DNA from: Thermoplasmata archaeon
GTDB lineage: Archaea; Thermoplasmatota; Thermoplasmata; Lutacidiplasmatales; UBA184
Assembly (NCBI GenBank): GCA_028864975.1
Contig: JAGWLG010000008.1
Coordinates: 32,001 to 96,000 of the forward strand
Reading direction: 5' to 3'
Length of the DNA: 64,000 nucleotides
The notes beneath the pieces were generated by a model. It worked only from the letters and a program-made list of their open reading frames with translations. It did no database searches and was not told the DNA's origin. Below are positions 25,938 to 35,924 of this stretch, one piece after another. Each line of letters starts with the position of its first letter. The stretch's first letter is position 1. The position numbers and the translations under genes are program-made.

Positions 25938-26432
25938 ATGGGGTATAAGCACTTGTTCTACTACCCCTCGCCGATGCCCGAGGCCGAGGTCATCGACGTC
26001 CGCGCTCCCCCTGCCCCTGAGACCAAGAAGTCCGGCGGAGGTGCCGGTGGCAAGCGCAAGTACGAGAAGGGGCAACCGGCCAACGAGCACCCGAACTGGA
26101 ACATCCAGGCCCGCGCGATTGCGCGCACCGACTTCGACCTCGTCAAGGCCGCGGCGGAACAGCGCGGCATCGGCCAAGCGCAACTCATCGCTGAGGTGAT
26201 GCACCTGTGGTGCTCCGACCCGAATCTCCTCGTCTACAACGCTCTCTACGCAGAGTGGGAGCGGAACTACCAGGGGAACTACTCGTTCCCGTGCCGGTCG
26301 TGCAAGAACTCCTTGAATCTCACCCCGAAGTTCTGGAAGGAATACGTCTGGCCACGCATCGCCCGGCTCACGGACCAGCGGCTCTTTCCGCGGTTCCGGT
26401 GCCGGAACTGCGCCTCGCGGACCAAAAAGTAG
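25938..26432 (+). CDS. RHH-like plus zinc-ribbon regulator
   Basis: Helical DNA-binding-like segment followed by CRSC...CRNC. Confidence 0.6.
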   Translation: MGYKHLFYYPSPMPEAEVIDVRAPPAPETKKSGGGAGGKRKYEKGQPANEHPNWNIQARAIARTDFDLVKAAAEQRGIGQAQLIAEVMHLWCSDPNLLVYNALYAEWERNYQGNYSFPCRSCKNSLNLTPKFWKEYVWPRIARLTDQRLFPRFRCRNCASRTKK

Positions 26433-26462
26433 GTCTTAAAAAGGTGTCTGAGCTTCCCTGGG

Positions 26463-27590
26463 TTGGGGAAGAAGGTGGCCGGTGCAAGTGCCTACGCTTC
26501 CGGGGTCGCATCTGTGACCGGCGAAGGGGACAAGGACCCGGTTGCCGAAGAGCAGCGGGCATCAGGCCCCCTGACCGAGGACCCCGAAATCTTCGCCCGA
26601 CGTATCGACCTCCGCAGCAAAATCACCGGCATCCTGCTGCGCGTCAAGCGCCTCTCTAAGGTCTACGACGAGAAGACCGAACTCCTCCAGAAGCTCAACG
26701 ACTACAAGAACCGGCTCTCGACCGGGCGCAACGTCGGCCCGGAAATCCTCGACCTCATCGTGAGCGAACTCAACGGCGAAGTGACGCCGGAACTCCTTGC
26801 TCTCGAAGCCGACATGGAGTTGCACGGGTACCCACCTGACCTCCCCGCCGGTGTCCAGGGGAACAACGGTCACGCCCTCGCCAAGAAGGACGAGGTAGCG
26901 ATTCCGCGCATCATCGGCTCGACCAACTTCGGGAAGATGACGGACCGGGAGTGGAAGGAGTTCATCCAGAGCACTCCTGCCGAAACCATCCGCGCCGCCG
27001 CCTCCGGGTCGAAGGGCTCCGACGGGGAGAACGGTAACTCCAAGCTGTTGGAACGCCTCATGGACACCCAGCAGAAGTTCTTTGAGGAGCGGTTCGCGCA
27101 GCTTCGCTCTCAAGCGAACTGGAACCCGTTCGAGATGTTCGACACGCTCCGCCAGCACAACATCCCCGTCGTGATTGGAGGAGTTGGGGCTGGTGCGACG
27201 GACCCGGCCACGGCCAAGGTACAGGGCACCCACGAACTCGTGAAGACCGTCGTCCAGGGGCACAACCAGACCAAGAACCAACTCCTCACCATCCTCGGCC
27301 CGTTGGCCCGGGACGAAATCAAGCAGCGCCGACGACAGCACTACGGCTCCGCTCCGGTCGTGCACCAGTACTCCGCTGACGAAGCGGCCTCGCTCGCCGA
27401 GGAGCAATCCACGGCCGACGCCCGGGAGCGCGAGGAAGAGGAGAACGAGGAGCACGACGAACAGGTGACCTTCCATGGTCACAATGGTCACGACGGCGAC
27501 GGCGGGCCGGACACCGGGCCCGACAACGGCTCCGACCGCTCTCAGCCTCGCAACGGGAACGGCAATGGAGGTGCGCGCCGTGGCCGGTGA
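26463..27590 (+). CDS. Hypothetical coiled-coil protein with acidic/His tail
   Basis: Long ORF with strong codon bias. Confidence 0.65.
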   Translation: MGKKVAGASAYASGVASVTGEGDKDPVAEEQRASGPLTEDPEIFARRIDLRSKITGILLRVKRLSKVYDEKTELLQKLNDYKNRLSTGRNVGPEILDLIVSELNGEVTPELLALEADMELHGYPPDLPAGVQGNNGHALAKKDEVAIPRIIGSTNFGKMTDREWKEFIQSTPAETIRAAASGSKGSDGENGNSKLLERLMDTQQKFFEERFAQLRSQANWNPFEMFDTLRQHNIPVVIGGVGAGATDPATAKVQGTHELVKTVVQGHNQTKNQLLTILGPLARDEIKQRRRQHYGSAPVVHQYSADEAASLAEEQSTADAREREEEENEEHDEQVTFHGHNGHDGDGGPDTGPDNGSDRSQPRNGNGNGGARRGR

Positions 27591-28413
27591 ACCCTCCAGC
27601 ATCCCCTCCGACGCCCAGGTCCTCGTCAAGGAGAAGGACGGTGTCGAGGACAAGACCTACGTGTACGACGACGGGAAGAACATCGTCGTGGAACGCAACC
27701 TGGACTTCGAGCCCGGGTCCGAACCTGCTCCCCTCGGGAAGAGGGAGGGCGTGACACTTCAGGCCGGGCGCCGGAACATCAAGGGGCACGACTACCACAC
27801 CGTGCGCAAGGTGTTCTACGAGAAGGCGAAGGGGTTCGACGTGGCCAAGGTGATGGCGGAACTGCCGAAGCTCCTGGAGTACGAGGGGAAGTGCCCCCAC
27901 TGCTCGAAGGCCGCGGAGGCGGCGAAGCCGCTGCGGGTTCCCGGAAGTGCGCAGCCCGCGAAAACTGGAGGCTCCTCCAGAACGCCGCGCCAGCCGAAGG
28001 TCCCCAAGCCCGCGGACTGGTCGAAGCTCCCTGCCCCCGCGTTCAAGCCGCGCCCGCCGCCGCGACCGAAGTCCGCTCCTCCTGCGCCGGGCTCATCCCG
28101 GGCCCCCGCTCCATCCGGTCCCACTGCTCCCCCGGAGACCGGGGCTCCCGGCACCGGCCCGTTCCACATCGCAGAGGAAGGGGCGACCGTTCCCCGCTCC
28201 GGCTTCCTCGGGTTCGGTGTCGTGGGCTCGCTCGGAGTCCTACCGTCGTCCGGCCCGCGGTCCGGCCGCGTCGCCGAGCCCGGCCGCATGCGCTCCAGCA
28301 TCCCCCACGTCCCCCGCCCCGGACTCCTCAAGGACATCGGCGGCGACGCGCGGGAGGCCATCGACAAGCTCAAGCAGAACAGACCGCGCCTCTCTGAGGT
28401 GTTCAGCTTCTGA
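27580..28413 (+). CDS. Hypothetical protein with CPHC and Pro-rich linker
   Basis: GTG start after the GGAGGTG Shine-Dalgarno. Confidence 0.6.
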   Translation: MAGEPSSIPSDAQVLVKEKDGVEDKTYVYDDGKNIVVERNLDFEPGSEPAPLGKREGVTLQAGRRNIKGHDYHTVRKVFYEKAKGFDVAKVMAELPKLLEYEGKCPHCSKAAEAAKPLRVPGSAQPAKTGGSSRTPRQPKVPKPADWSKLPAPAFKPRPPPRPKSAPPAPGSSRAPAPSGPTAPPETGAPGTGPFHIAEEGATVPRSGFLGFGVVGSLGVLPSSGPRSGRVAEPGRMRSSIPHVPRPGLLKDIGGDAREAIDKLKQNRPRLSEVFSF

Positions 28414-28757
28414 TGCCGAAGAAGGCCCCTCCCTCCAAGGGCCGCTCTTCTTCCAAGGGCGCGCCGGTGCCTCGTGTTAGTCCTGCCGCGTCTTTGCCGA
28501 CTGCGCTCCCTCCCCCCCAGCCCGAACTTGCTGTCCTCCCGCAGGCCTCTCATATCCCTCTCCAGGGTCCCGCCAACGGCGAGACCGAGTACAAGATGAT
28601 GGGGAGGTACCGCGTGCGCCGTGAGACGTGGAACCTGTTCCACCAGGCGATGTCCCGGCGCTTCGGCTCACCTCATGGTCACACGAACGACTGCCTCGAC
28701 ATGGCGCTCGAACAGTGGAGCCGTTCGATGCTCGCCGCCCAGAACGCCTGGCTCTGA
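28413..28757 (+). CDS. Possible RHH-like DNA-binding protein
   Basis: YRVRRETWNLFHQAM...LDMALEQW. Confidence 0.5.
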   Translation: MPKKAPPSKGRSSSKGAPVPRVSPAASLPTALPPPQPELAVLPQASHIPLQGPANGETEYKMMGRYRVRRETWNLFHQAMSRRFGSPHGHTNDCLDMALEQWSRSMLAAQNAWL

Positions 28758-28773
28758 AACAGGGGAAGAGAAG

Positions 28774-29061
28774 ATGTCCGCGAAGCCCACCAAGAACGAC
28801 AAGGCCGAGTACCTCCGACGCATCACGAACACCGAGGTCCACTTCGAGAACCTCTCGAACGACGACATCGACCTGCTCTACGAACTGTTCCTGGCCCGGC
28901 TGCCGGAACTCGCCGCCCACATCACCCAGTTCAAGGCGAAGGAGCGCGTCGATACTGTCTCCGCGCAAATCCTGGGACAGGTCGGGCAGAACTTCCCCCT
29001 GGTCAACGCCTTCCTCGACAAGGCCAAGACCGCCGCGTCGGGACACGGCGCTATCCTCTAG
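28774..29061 (+). CDS. Hypothetical helical protein
   Basis: ATG at 28774 after a purine-rich RBS. Confidence 0.65.
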   Translation: MSAKPTKNDKAEYLRRITNTEVHFENLSNDDIDLLYELFLARLPELAAHITQFKAKERVDTVSAQILGQVGQNFPLVNAFLDKAKTAASGHGAIL

Positions 29062-29082
29062 GTACAGGTAGGAGGGACGGGC

Positions 29083-29466
29083 GTGGCGCACCCCCATCGC
29101 ACCAAGCAGCGCGCCGTCGAGCGCGAGGTCCGACGCGCCGGGCTCCCTCCCCCCGCGAGCAAGCTCGGCTGGCATGTCGCCTTCGTCCCGACTACCCCAG
29201 AGGTCCTCAAGTCCATGGGCGACCCGGACGCCGGTGTCCCCTACGCCTGCAAGAGTGTCCCCAACGGGGATGGTACGTACAGGGACGAGTTCTACCGGTT
29301 CGACCGGGTCGAGGACTTCCAGGCCGCGCTGATGCGTGACAGCAAGCTGCGGACCCTCGTTGAGCAGTGGCAAGCCAAAGGGTTCCGGGCCATGCCGGTC
29401 CCCGCGACTCCGAAGGACCGAATCGTGGGTGGCCTCGGGGAACGACGGGAGTTCCTCTCGTCCTGA
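29083..29466 (+). CDS. Hypothetical protein
   Basis: GGAGGG RBS and GTG start. Confidence 0.65.
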   Translation: MAHPHRTKQRAVEREVRRAGLPPPASKLGWHVAFVPTTPEVLKSMGDPDAGVPYACKSVPNGDGTYRDEFYRFDRVEDFQAALMRDSKLRTLVEQWQAKGFRAMPVPATPKDRIVGGLGERREFLSS

Positions 29467-29471
29467 GAACT

Positions 29472-29512
29472 CTTTCGACACTTTCACTACTTTCGCGGCT
29501 TGCCCTTTATAC
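29472..29512 (+). promoter_or_regulatory. Promoter of the putative major structural operon
   Basis: CTTTCGACACTTTCAC motif followed by the CTTTATAC TATA box at 29505. Confidence 0.65.
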
Positions 29513-29545
29513 CCCGCCCCACTCGCAGAGGGTTGAGGTCCCACA

Positions 29546-29752
29546 ATGGCCGTAAGCGACATCGGCAGCCGACTCGTCTACCGCGACCGAATGCAGAACA
29601 TCCGGGACGCCGTGGAGACCTTCCGGGACAGGAGCGCAGACGAGGCCGTCATCGGCCTGGTCTCGGGCTTCGGTCACAACAACCGGAAGCTCCTCCTCGG
29701 ACGCACCCAGGCGAACGGAGCCAGCAAGTTCGCCCCCGAAGGAGGGTTCTGA
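29546..29752 (+). CDS. Small hypothetical protein
   Basis: First gene after the TATA box. Confidence 0.65.
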   Translation: MAVSDIGSRLVYRDRMQNIRDAVETFRDRSADEAVIGLVSGFGHNNRKLLLGRTQANGASKFAPEGGF

Positions 29753-29800
29753 GCACCCCCCCGGGTGACTCAGCACTCTAGAAGGAGGTAGAAGAGCAAC

Positions 29801-30070
29801 ATGACGCTCGCTACCGCTCTCTCCGCCGCGCAGACCGCCCGGGCCTCGGCCCGCTCCGCGGCTGCCAGCGCCGTCACCGCGACGCTCGCCTCGGTGAAGT
29901 CGGTCCGCGCCAGCGTGGCCGCCTTCGCTCCGTTCTCCGGGGCCGCGCTCTCCGCGCTGGTCTCGACCCCGCTCGTGTCCATCTCGGCGGCCCCCGCGCC
30001 CGCCGCCGCGCCCGCCCCCGCCACGGAGCTTGGCACTGGCCTCAACAACGGGAGCAACGCGCTCCTCTAG
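29801..30070 (+). CDS. Ala-rich small putative virion protein
   Basis: Strong RBS (GAAGGAGG) and very Ala-rich composition. Confidence 0.6.
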   Translation: MTLATALSAAQTARASARSAAASAVTATLASVKSVRASVAAFAPFSGAALSALVSTPLVSISAAPAPAAAPAPATELGTGLNNGSNALL

Positions 30071-30104
30071 GTAGTCCAGGTCAAGTGAAAGGAGGAACAA
30101 GAAC

Positions 30105-30746
30105 ATGAGCAACAACAACTTGGGAGACATGGCCGAGGACTCCGTCCTCGCCTACGCCGGACTCAACCCGACCGCGAAGGCCTACCAGTCCTACGTGGAC
30201 ATCTCCATCGCCGACGATGGGGTGTCCGTGCAGGACCAGCCGGAAGCCTCCGCTCCGGGCGGGTCCACCGGGTACGCCGTGGTGAACGCCGCCGACAACA
30301 CCTCGGGCGCCGCACCCCCGAAGACCTACCACACGAACTTCGGGTGGATGACCCTGCGCTCGGGCGAGGTGGTCCGCGTCTTCTACGACTTCCAGATGAA
30401 GACCGTGGACGCGACGCTCCGGCTCACCCACGCCTCGGCGACCGCCACGCCCGGCGGAGCCGCGAACTTCAAGCAGGGGGACTCCGTCCTCGTGCAGAAG
30501 GGCAAGTGGGGAGGCGCCGCCTACAAGGCCGGCACCACCCCGACGGGAACCCTCAAGGCCCACCTGGGCGCCACCACGAGCGAGGGCGCGACCGGTGTCG
30601 TGCCCAAGCTGGACCAGGGGACCCCCGTCAACGTCGCGGCCGGCGAGGACATCGCTGTGGTCTTCGGGCTCGCCACCGCTCCCGCGCAGCACGCGGTGGG
30701 CGTCTACGGGCTCCACTACATCGGTCTCTCGACCGCGGTCGTCTGA
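30105..30746 (+). CDS. Beta-rich candidate major structural protein
   Basis: AAAGGAGGA RBS, extreme C/G third-position bias, followed by a strong terminator. Confidence 0.55.
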   Translation: MSNNNLGDMAEDSVLAYAGLNPTAKAYQSYVDISIADDGVSVQDQPEASAPGGSTGYAVVNAADNTSGAAPPKTYHTNFGWMTLRSGEVVRVFYDFQMKTVDATLRLTHASATATPGGAANFKQGDSVLVQKGKWGGAAYKAGTTPTGTLKAHLGATTSEGATGVVPKLDQGTPVNVAAGEDIAVVFGLATAPAQHAVGVYGLHYIGLSTAVV

Positions 30747-30772
30747 GCCCACCCCGGGTGAACGCCCAAGCT

Positions 30773-30822
30773 GACCGGAGGGAGTAGCTTCCCTCTCCCT
30801 CCGGTCGGCTCAACCCTTTTTT
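30773..30822 (+). terminator. 12 bp stem-loop with T-tract
   Basis: GACCGGAGGGAG (30773-30784) / CTCCCTCCGGTC (30795-30806), then TTTTTT at 30817-30822. Confidence 0.8.
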
Positions 30823-30852
30823 CTCTCACCCGCGGGGAGCAACAGCACACCG

Positions 30853-33003
30853 ATGACGGACAATGACCTCGTGAGCTACCCGCGAACCGGGCGCGATGGT
30901 CTCCTCGCGGCAGTTCAGACGCCGCAGTCCCTAGCGGACTATCTCTTCAACCTCGAAGGCTTCATCGCCACTTTCACCGGGGCCGACCCGACGCCCCATA
31001 GCGTCCTCGCCCCCATCACGTTCCTGGAGGGCGTGACCTTTGCTGGAGGGGTGACCTTCAGCGGCGGCGGTGGATTGGTCGGGTGCGTCCCCATCGACTC
31101 CATCTGCCCACCCTCGGGAACTCTGACCGTCAACGGGAACCTGACCGTGACCGGTGCGGAGACCATCGACCTCACGGAGACCGTTCTCGGGCTCTTGACC
31201 GTCAATGTCGCGGCCGGCAACATTGCGGAGTTCCAGGTCGGGGGGGTGACCAAGGCGCACATCGACGCCAACGGGACGTACCAAGCCGGTGGCTCCAGCG
31301 GCTACGGGCTCTCCGGCATCAGCATCGACGCCGGTGTTGTGTCGTACAACGTCACGCTTCAGGATGGGTCCACGGTCCGCTTCACCAGTGAACTTGTCGC
31401 GGGGTACACCGCCGGAGCCGCCGAGGTGTGGACCCTGGCGACGCAGAACGTCGGGTTCCCGCTTGCGACGCTGTACGGCGGCGCCGCCACGGCCGGAACC
31501 ATCCAGCTTTGGGGCCGGGCCGGGACGGACTACGCCGCTATCAACATCCTCGGCGGACTCGGGGGAGCCTTCCAGGCTATCGCTGACCCCAGCGGGGACT
31601 CCGTGTACTACGCCTACTCCTACCTGCGCGGAGGACAGGCAGCGTCACTACCCATCCAGGGGTACAACGGAGCGGCGTTCGTTACCGTGGCGACACTGAC
31701 CCAAGCGGCGACACCGACGTTCGACCTCGCGGCCGGGAGGTTGACCGGGGGATTCAATCTCAATGCGCAGACCCTCACCGGGAACGCTATCCTGACAGGG
31801 TTCCCCTACGCGCTCTCCGGCACCACCCTCGCCACCGGAGGGACCATCCTCCAGGCGTTCAGCGATGGGGGAGGCGTGCACATCATGGATATGCTACTCG
31901 CCGGGACGGTCCTCTCGTTCGACAGCAACTCTACCATCCCCATCAGCAAGAACCCCACCTATCAGTTTGGGAAGAACGTAAATGTCGTCTTTCCAATCGG
32001 TGAGAAGAACCGATTCGCTGTCTTTGGTAGCACCGGTGGCCTCTCGCTCCAAGCAGCGGACTCAACCGACCCGGTCACCCCCAATGGTCTCTTCTCGCTC
32101 AACAACACCCTCGACGACGGCACCACCGGCGCCGCCACCTTCGCCGGTCTCCTCACCATGTCCGCCGGGGCCAATCTCACCGGCACCCTCGCCTGGGTCA
32201 ACGCCCAGACGGTCACCCTGAGCCTCACCGCGCAGACCATCGGGGCTGCGACGCTCACCGTCCCCAACTTCGCGGGGGTCAGTGACACCTTCGCCTTCCT
32301 CACCCTGGCCCAGACCTTTGCCGGCGTCAAGACCTTCAGCGCGACCGCCGCGTTCACCAACGCAAGTCCGTTCTCCATGACCAATGCACAGGTCGTGACC
32401 GTGACCCTCACCGCCCAGACCGTCGGGGCCTCGACCCTCACCGTCCCGAACTTCGCGGGGGCCTCTGACACCTTCGCGTTCCTCACCTTGACTCAGACCC
32501 TCGCTAACAAGACCCTCGGCGCCGGCACCCTCCTTGGTGTGAGCCTTCTCCCGACCGCCGACAACACCTACCGACTCGGGTCCGCGGCCTTGCGCATCAC
32601 GGGTGTCTCGGTCAGCAGCGACTTCTCCGTCTACGCCGCCGCCTCCGACGCCTTCGCCGCCGCCGTGCTCGGTCCCTCCGGACTCCTCCTCGGACCGGGA
32701 GGCGCCGGTGCTGGTGACACCCACTGGCAGCGGCAGAGCGTTGGGGTCATCGGCGGAGCGCACATCCTTACCTCGGGCGGTGGCACCGCGCCCACGGCCG
32801 TTGTGGTTCCGGCCTCCGGCACCGCCTACACACCCTCCGCGACGCAAAACACCGTCGTCATGTCGTCAGGAGGCGTTGTCAGCGGCATCGCCATCAACGG
32901 CGTCGCCACCGGGCTTACCAGTGGAACCTTCTACCTCAAGGCCAGCGACACCATCACCTGGACGTACACCGGTGCTCCGTCAGCCGTCCAGATGAACGCT
33001 TGA
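30853..33003 (+). CDS. Fibre/spike protein paralog 1
   Basis: AQTFAGVKTF fibre motif, TVPNFAGxSDTFAFLTLAQT repeats and a C-terminal beta domain. Confidence 0.8.
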   Translation: MTDNDLVSYPRTGRDGLLAAVQTPQSLADYLFNLEGFIATFTGADPTPHSVLAPITFLEGVTFAGGVTFSGGGGLVGCVPIDSICPPSGTLTVNGNLTVTGAETIDLTETVLGLLTVNVAAGNIAEFQVGGVTKAHIDANGTYQAGGSSGYGLSGISIDAGVVSYNVTLQDGSTVRFTSELVAGYTAGAAEVWTLATQNVGFPLATLYGGAATAGTIQLWGRAGTDYAAINILGGLGGAFQAIADPSGDSVYYAYSYLRGGQAASLPIQGYNGAAFVTVATLTQAATPTFDLAAGRLTGGFNLNAQTLTGNAILTGFPYALSGTTLATGGTILQAFSDGGGVHIMDMLLAGTVLSFDSNSTIPISKNPTYQFGKNVNVVFPIGEKNRFAVFGSTGGLSLQAADSTDPVTPNGLFSLNNTLDDGTTGAATFAGLLTMSAGANLTGTLAWVNAQTVTLSLTAQTIGAATLTVPNFAGVSDTFAFLTLAQTFAGVKTFSATAAFTNASPFSMTNAQVVTVTLTAQTVGASTLTVPNFAGASDTFAFLTLTQTLANKTLGAGTLLGVSLLPTADNTYRLGSAALRITGVSVSSDFSVYAAASDAFAAAVLGPSGLLLGPGGAGAGDTHWQRQSVGVIGGAHILTSGGGTAPTAVVVPASGTAYTPSATQNTVVMSSGGVVSGIAINGVATGLTSGTFYLKASDTITWTYTGAPSAVQMNA

Positions 33004-33018
33004 AAGAGGAGAGGAAAC

Positions 33019-33495
33019 ATGCCGGGATTCCATGGAGTGCGCTGCCGCCGAGCCGCGATTGCCGACGGGGATGGGGTCTTCCTCTCCCAGCGCCCGCACA
33101 GCGCTAGCCTTGTGCTCCCCGCCGAGTTCTCGAACACCAACCATCTGTGGCTTGTGACCCAGGCGTCCGTGGTCACCGCGCCGGAAGGACCCCGGGTCGT
33201 GGCCCAGAAGAACTACTGGTTCGATTCCATGAACGAGGCCGACCAGGCGTTCGTGGGACTCGCCGCGGACCTGGGACACTCGCTCCAGATGGCCCGGCAC
33301 CCGTCGGACCTCCGGGTCCATCAGACCGGCACCCCGCCCACGGGCGCGTCGCCGCCGCGGCCGGTCTTCGGCTCTCCACCCTCACCGTCCCCGGCTGCAC
33401 CGGCCCCCGCGCAACCCGCGCCCGATGTGCCCGCGGCGGATGACACTCCCGAGCCCCCCACGAAGAAAGCACCCACCAAGAAGAAGAGGAACTGA
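33019..33495 (+). CDS. Hypothetical protein between the fibre genes (possible adaptor/chaperone)
   Basis: GAGGAGAGGA RBS and a Pro/Lys tail. Confidence 0.6.
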   Translation: MPGFHGVRCRRAAIADGDGVFLSQRPHSASLVLPAEFSNTNHLWLVTQASVVTAPEGPRVVAQKNYWFDSMNEADQAFVGLAADLGHSLQMARHPSDLRVHQTGTPPTGASPPRPVFGSPPSPSPAAPAPAQPAPDVPAADDTPEPPTKKAPTKKKRN

Positions 33496-33497
33496 AC

Positions 33498-35393
33498 ATG
33501 ACCGACAACGACCTCGTGAGCTATCCACGGACCGGACGCGACGCACTCCTCACCGCGGCCCAGAGCCCTGCGGCCCTCGCGGACTACCTCTTCAATCTAG
33601 AGGGGTTCATCGCGACGTTCACGGGCGCCGAACCCACCCCGCACACCGTCCTGGCCCCGATGACCTTCGAGCAAACGGTCACATTCCAGGCCACCACCGT
33701 CATGTCCGGTGGCGCGGTCATCGCCGGGGACGAGAGCATCACCGGGAACCTCACCGTGGGTGGGAACCTGACCGTCGTCGGGACCGAGACCATCGACCAG
33801 ACCGAGACGCTGCTCGGGCTCCTGACCGTCAACGTCGCCGCGGGGAACATCGCGGTGTTCCAGGTCGGCGGGGTCACGAAGGCCCACATCGACGCGACGG
33901 GGGCCTACACCGTCGGCGCCAGCACCACCTACGCGGATGGGAGCATCACGACGACCGGGACGCTTCTCGCCACCAACGCGACGCTCCAATCTCTGAGTGG
34001 CACCACCCTCCTCGCCGGCGGGGTCATACTACAGTCGTTCAGTGATGGAGGCGGGGTCGCAGTGCTAAGGGGGTCGAACAGAGGGAGCGAGCTTCAAGTG
34101 GACCCATTGGGAGCGTTCGCGGGCGGCATCTTGGTTGGCCCTGTCACTCCCGGCGCCTGGGGCGGATTCTACACTACGTTCAACACCCTGGATGACGGCG
34201 CGACCGGCGCCGCCACCTTTGCCGGGCTCGTGACCGGAGCCTCGTCCTTCCACGCGCTCAACGGCACCACCCTCGCCACCGGAGGGACCATCCTCCAGGC
34301 GTTCAGCGACGGGGGAGGGATTACCGTCGTCTCGTCTGGCGCGTCGCATCAGCTTCAGATTGACCCGAATGGCTCGTTCGGAATCACTGTCATCGGCCAC
34401 AAGACGACTTTGTTGTTGGCAGGGACGGCCTTCACCGTGCAGAATGACCTACTGCTCGTCAAGACGACCGGGGAGGTGGACACTTCTAACAACCTCCTCG
34501 ACGACGGCGCCACCGGCGCCGCGACCATCAGCGGCCTCCTCACGATGTCCGCGGGCGCGCATCTCACCGGCACCCTCGCTTGGGTCAACGCCCAGACGGT
34601 CACCCTGAGTCTCACCGCGCAGACCATCGGCGCTGCGACCTTGACCGTCCCGAACTTCGCGGGAGTCAGTGATACCTTTGCCTTCCTGACCTTGGCCCAG
34701 ACCTTTGCAGGTGTCAAGACCTTCAGCGCCACCGCCTCGTTCACCAACGCGAGCCCGTTCTCGATGACGAACGCTCAGGTGGTCACCGTCGCGCTCACCG
34801 CCCAGACCGTCGGGGCTGCCACGCTCACCGTCCCCAACTTCGCGGGGGCGAGTGATACGTTCGCGTTCCTCACCCTGGCTCAGACCCTGGTGAACAAGAC
34901 TCTCACGACACCGACCATCAATGGGGCCACGCTCTCTGGCACGCTTGCCGGAGCGGCCACCTTCTCCGGCGTGCTCACCCTCTCGGCCACCACCGCGTTC
35001 ACCAACGCGAGCCCGTTCTCGATGACCAACGCGCAGGTCGTGACCGTGACTCTGACCGCGCAGACCGTCGGCGCTGCGACGCTCACCGTCCCGAACTTCG
35101 CGGGCGCGAGCGACACCTTCGCCTTCGTGACTTTGGCCCAGACCCTCGCCAACAAGACCCTCGCGTCGCCAGTGTTCTCCGGCGATGCGACGTACGACCG
35201 GTCGCTGGTCTACGGTGGTCCGGCACTGGCGGGAGCCGGAACCTCGGGAACGCTGGAGGCTGCGACCAAGGCCGGGGCCCCCGTCGATGCGGACTTCGCT
35301 GTCCCACACGACGGCATGATTGTTGGGGACACGACGGACTCCAAAATCTACATCCGCCTCAGCGGAGCGTGGAAGAGCGTCGCGGTGGCGTGA
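33498..35393 (+). CDS. Fibre/spike protein paralog 2
   Basis: Shares the MTDNDLVSYPRTGRD N-terminus and stalk repeats with paralog 1. Different C-terminal tip (DTTDSKIYIRLSGAW). Confidence 0.8.
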   Translation: MTDNDLVSYPRTGRDALLTAAQSPAALADYLFNLEGFIATFTGAEPTPHTVLAPMTFEQTVTFQATTVMSGGAVIAGDESITGNLTVGGNLTVVGTETIDQTETLLGLLTVNVAAGNIAVFQVGGVTKAHIDATGAYTVGASTTYADGSITTTGTLLATNATLQSLSGTTLLAGGVILQSFSDGGGVAVLRGSNRGSELQVDPLGAFAGGILVGPVTPGAWGGFYTTFNTLDDGATGAATFAGLVTGASSFHALNGTTLATGGTILQAFSDGGGITVVSSGASHQLQIDPNGSFGITVIGHKTTLLLAGTAFTVQNDLLLVKTTGEVDTSNNLLDDGATGAATISGLLTMSAGAHLTGTLAWVNAQTVTLSLTAQTIGAATLTVPNFAGVSDTFAFLTLAQTFAGVKTFSATASFTNASPFSMTNAQVVTVALTAQTVGAATLTVPNFAGASDTFAFLTLAQTLVNKTLTTPTINGATLSGTLAGAATFSGVLTLSATTAFTNASPFSMTNAQVVTVTLTAQTVGAATLTVPNFAGASDTFAFVTLAQTLANKTLASPVFSGDATYDRSLVYGGPALAGAGTSGTLEAATKAGAPVDADFAVPHDGMIVGDTTDSKIYIRLSGAWKSVAVA

Positions 35394-35582
35394 GCCGGGT
35401 GAGTACCATGGGCAGCCCACCACCTCCTCCTCCCTCCGCCACGACCTCTACGACGGAGGAGGCCGGGCCGGCCCCGCTCGCCTTCGTACCCGCCCTCGCG
35501 CCCCCGTCGCCCCGAGGAAGCCGCACGGTGCGCCGGGCCGGAGAAGGGGGCCCGGTCGTGCGACGATGGAGGGTGGGCGAGC

Positions 35583-35924
35583 GTGGTCGGTGAACTCATC
35601 CCCCACCTCGGCATCTTGAAGGAGGAGCACCGGCGCCGCCTCCACATGGCCGGGGACGACGCGGTGTGCTACCTCGTCGTCCCGGGATGGCTCGCCGCTT
35701 TCGGGGTCATGGGAAGCGCCGCCAACAGCGTCCTCGTGGACCGCGGAGCCCTCCCTCAGCGCCAGCAGGTACCCGAACGCCTTTGGACGAACCGGGACCC
35801 CTCTTCGCGCATCGCGCGCTGCATCGCCTGGCAACCCCCCGAGGACCCGGACCGGACACCTCTAGAGGGAGCTAACTACGACCGGAAGCCTCTCCTCTCC
35901 TTCCGCCACCGGAGCCGGCCATGA
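35583..35924 (+). CDS. Hypothetical protein with SRIARCIA motif
   Basis: Shares the SxxIAxC[IL]A motif with downstream paralogs. Confidence 0.5.
   Translation: MVGELIPHLGILKEEHRRRLHMAGDDAVCYLVVPGWLAAFGVMGSAANSVLVDRGALPQRQQVPERLWTNRDPSSRIARCIAWQPPEDPDRTPLEGANYDRKPLLSFRHRSRP

Noticed and set aside
30853-35393. Possible DGR template/variable repeat pair in the fibre genes
   Set aside because: No reverse transcriptase is in the window, and the differences are mostly synonymous rather than adenine-specific.
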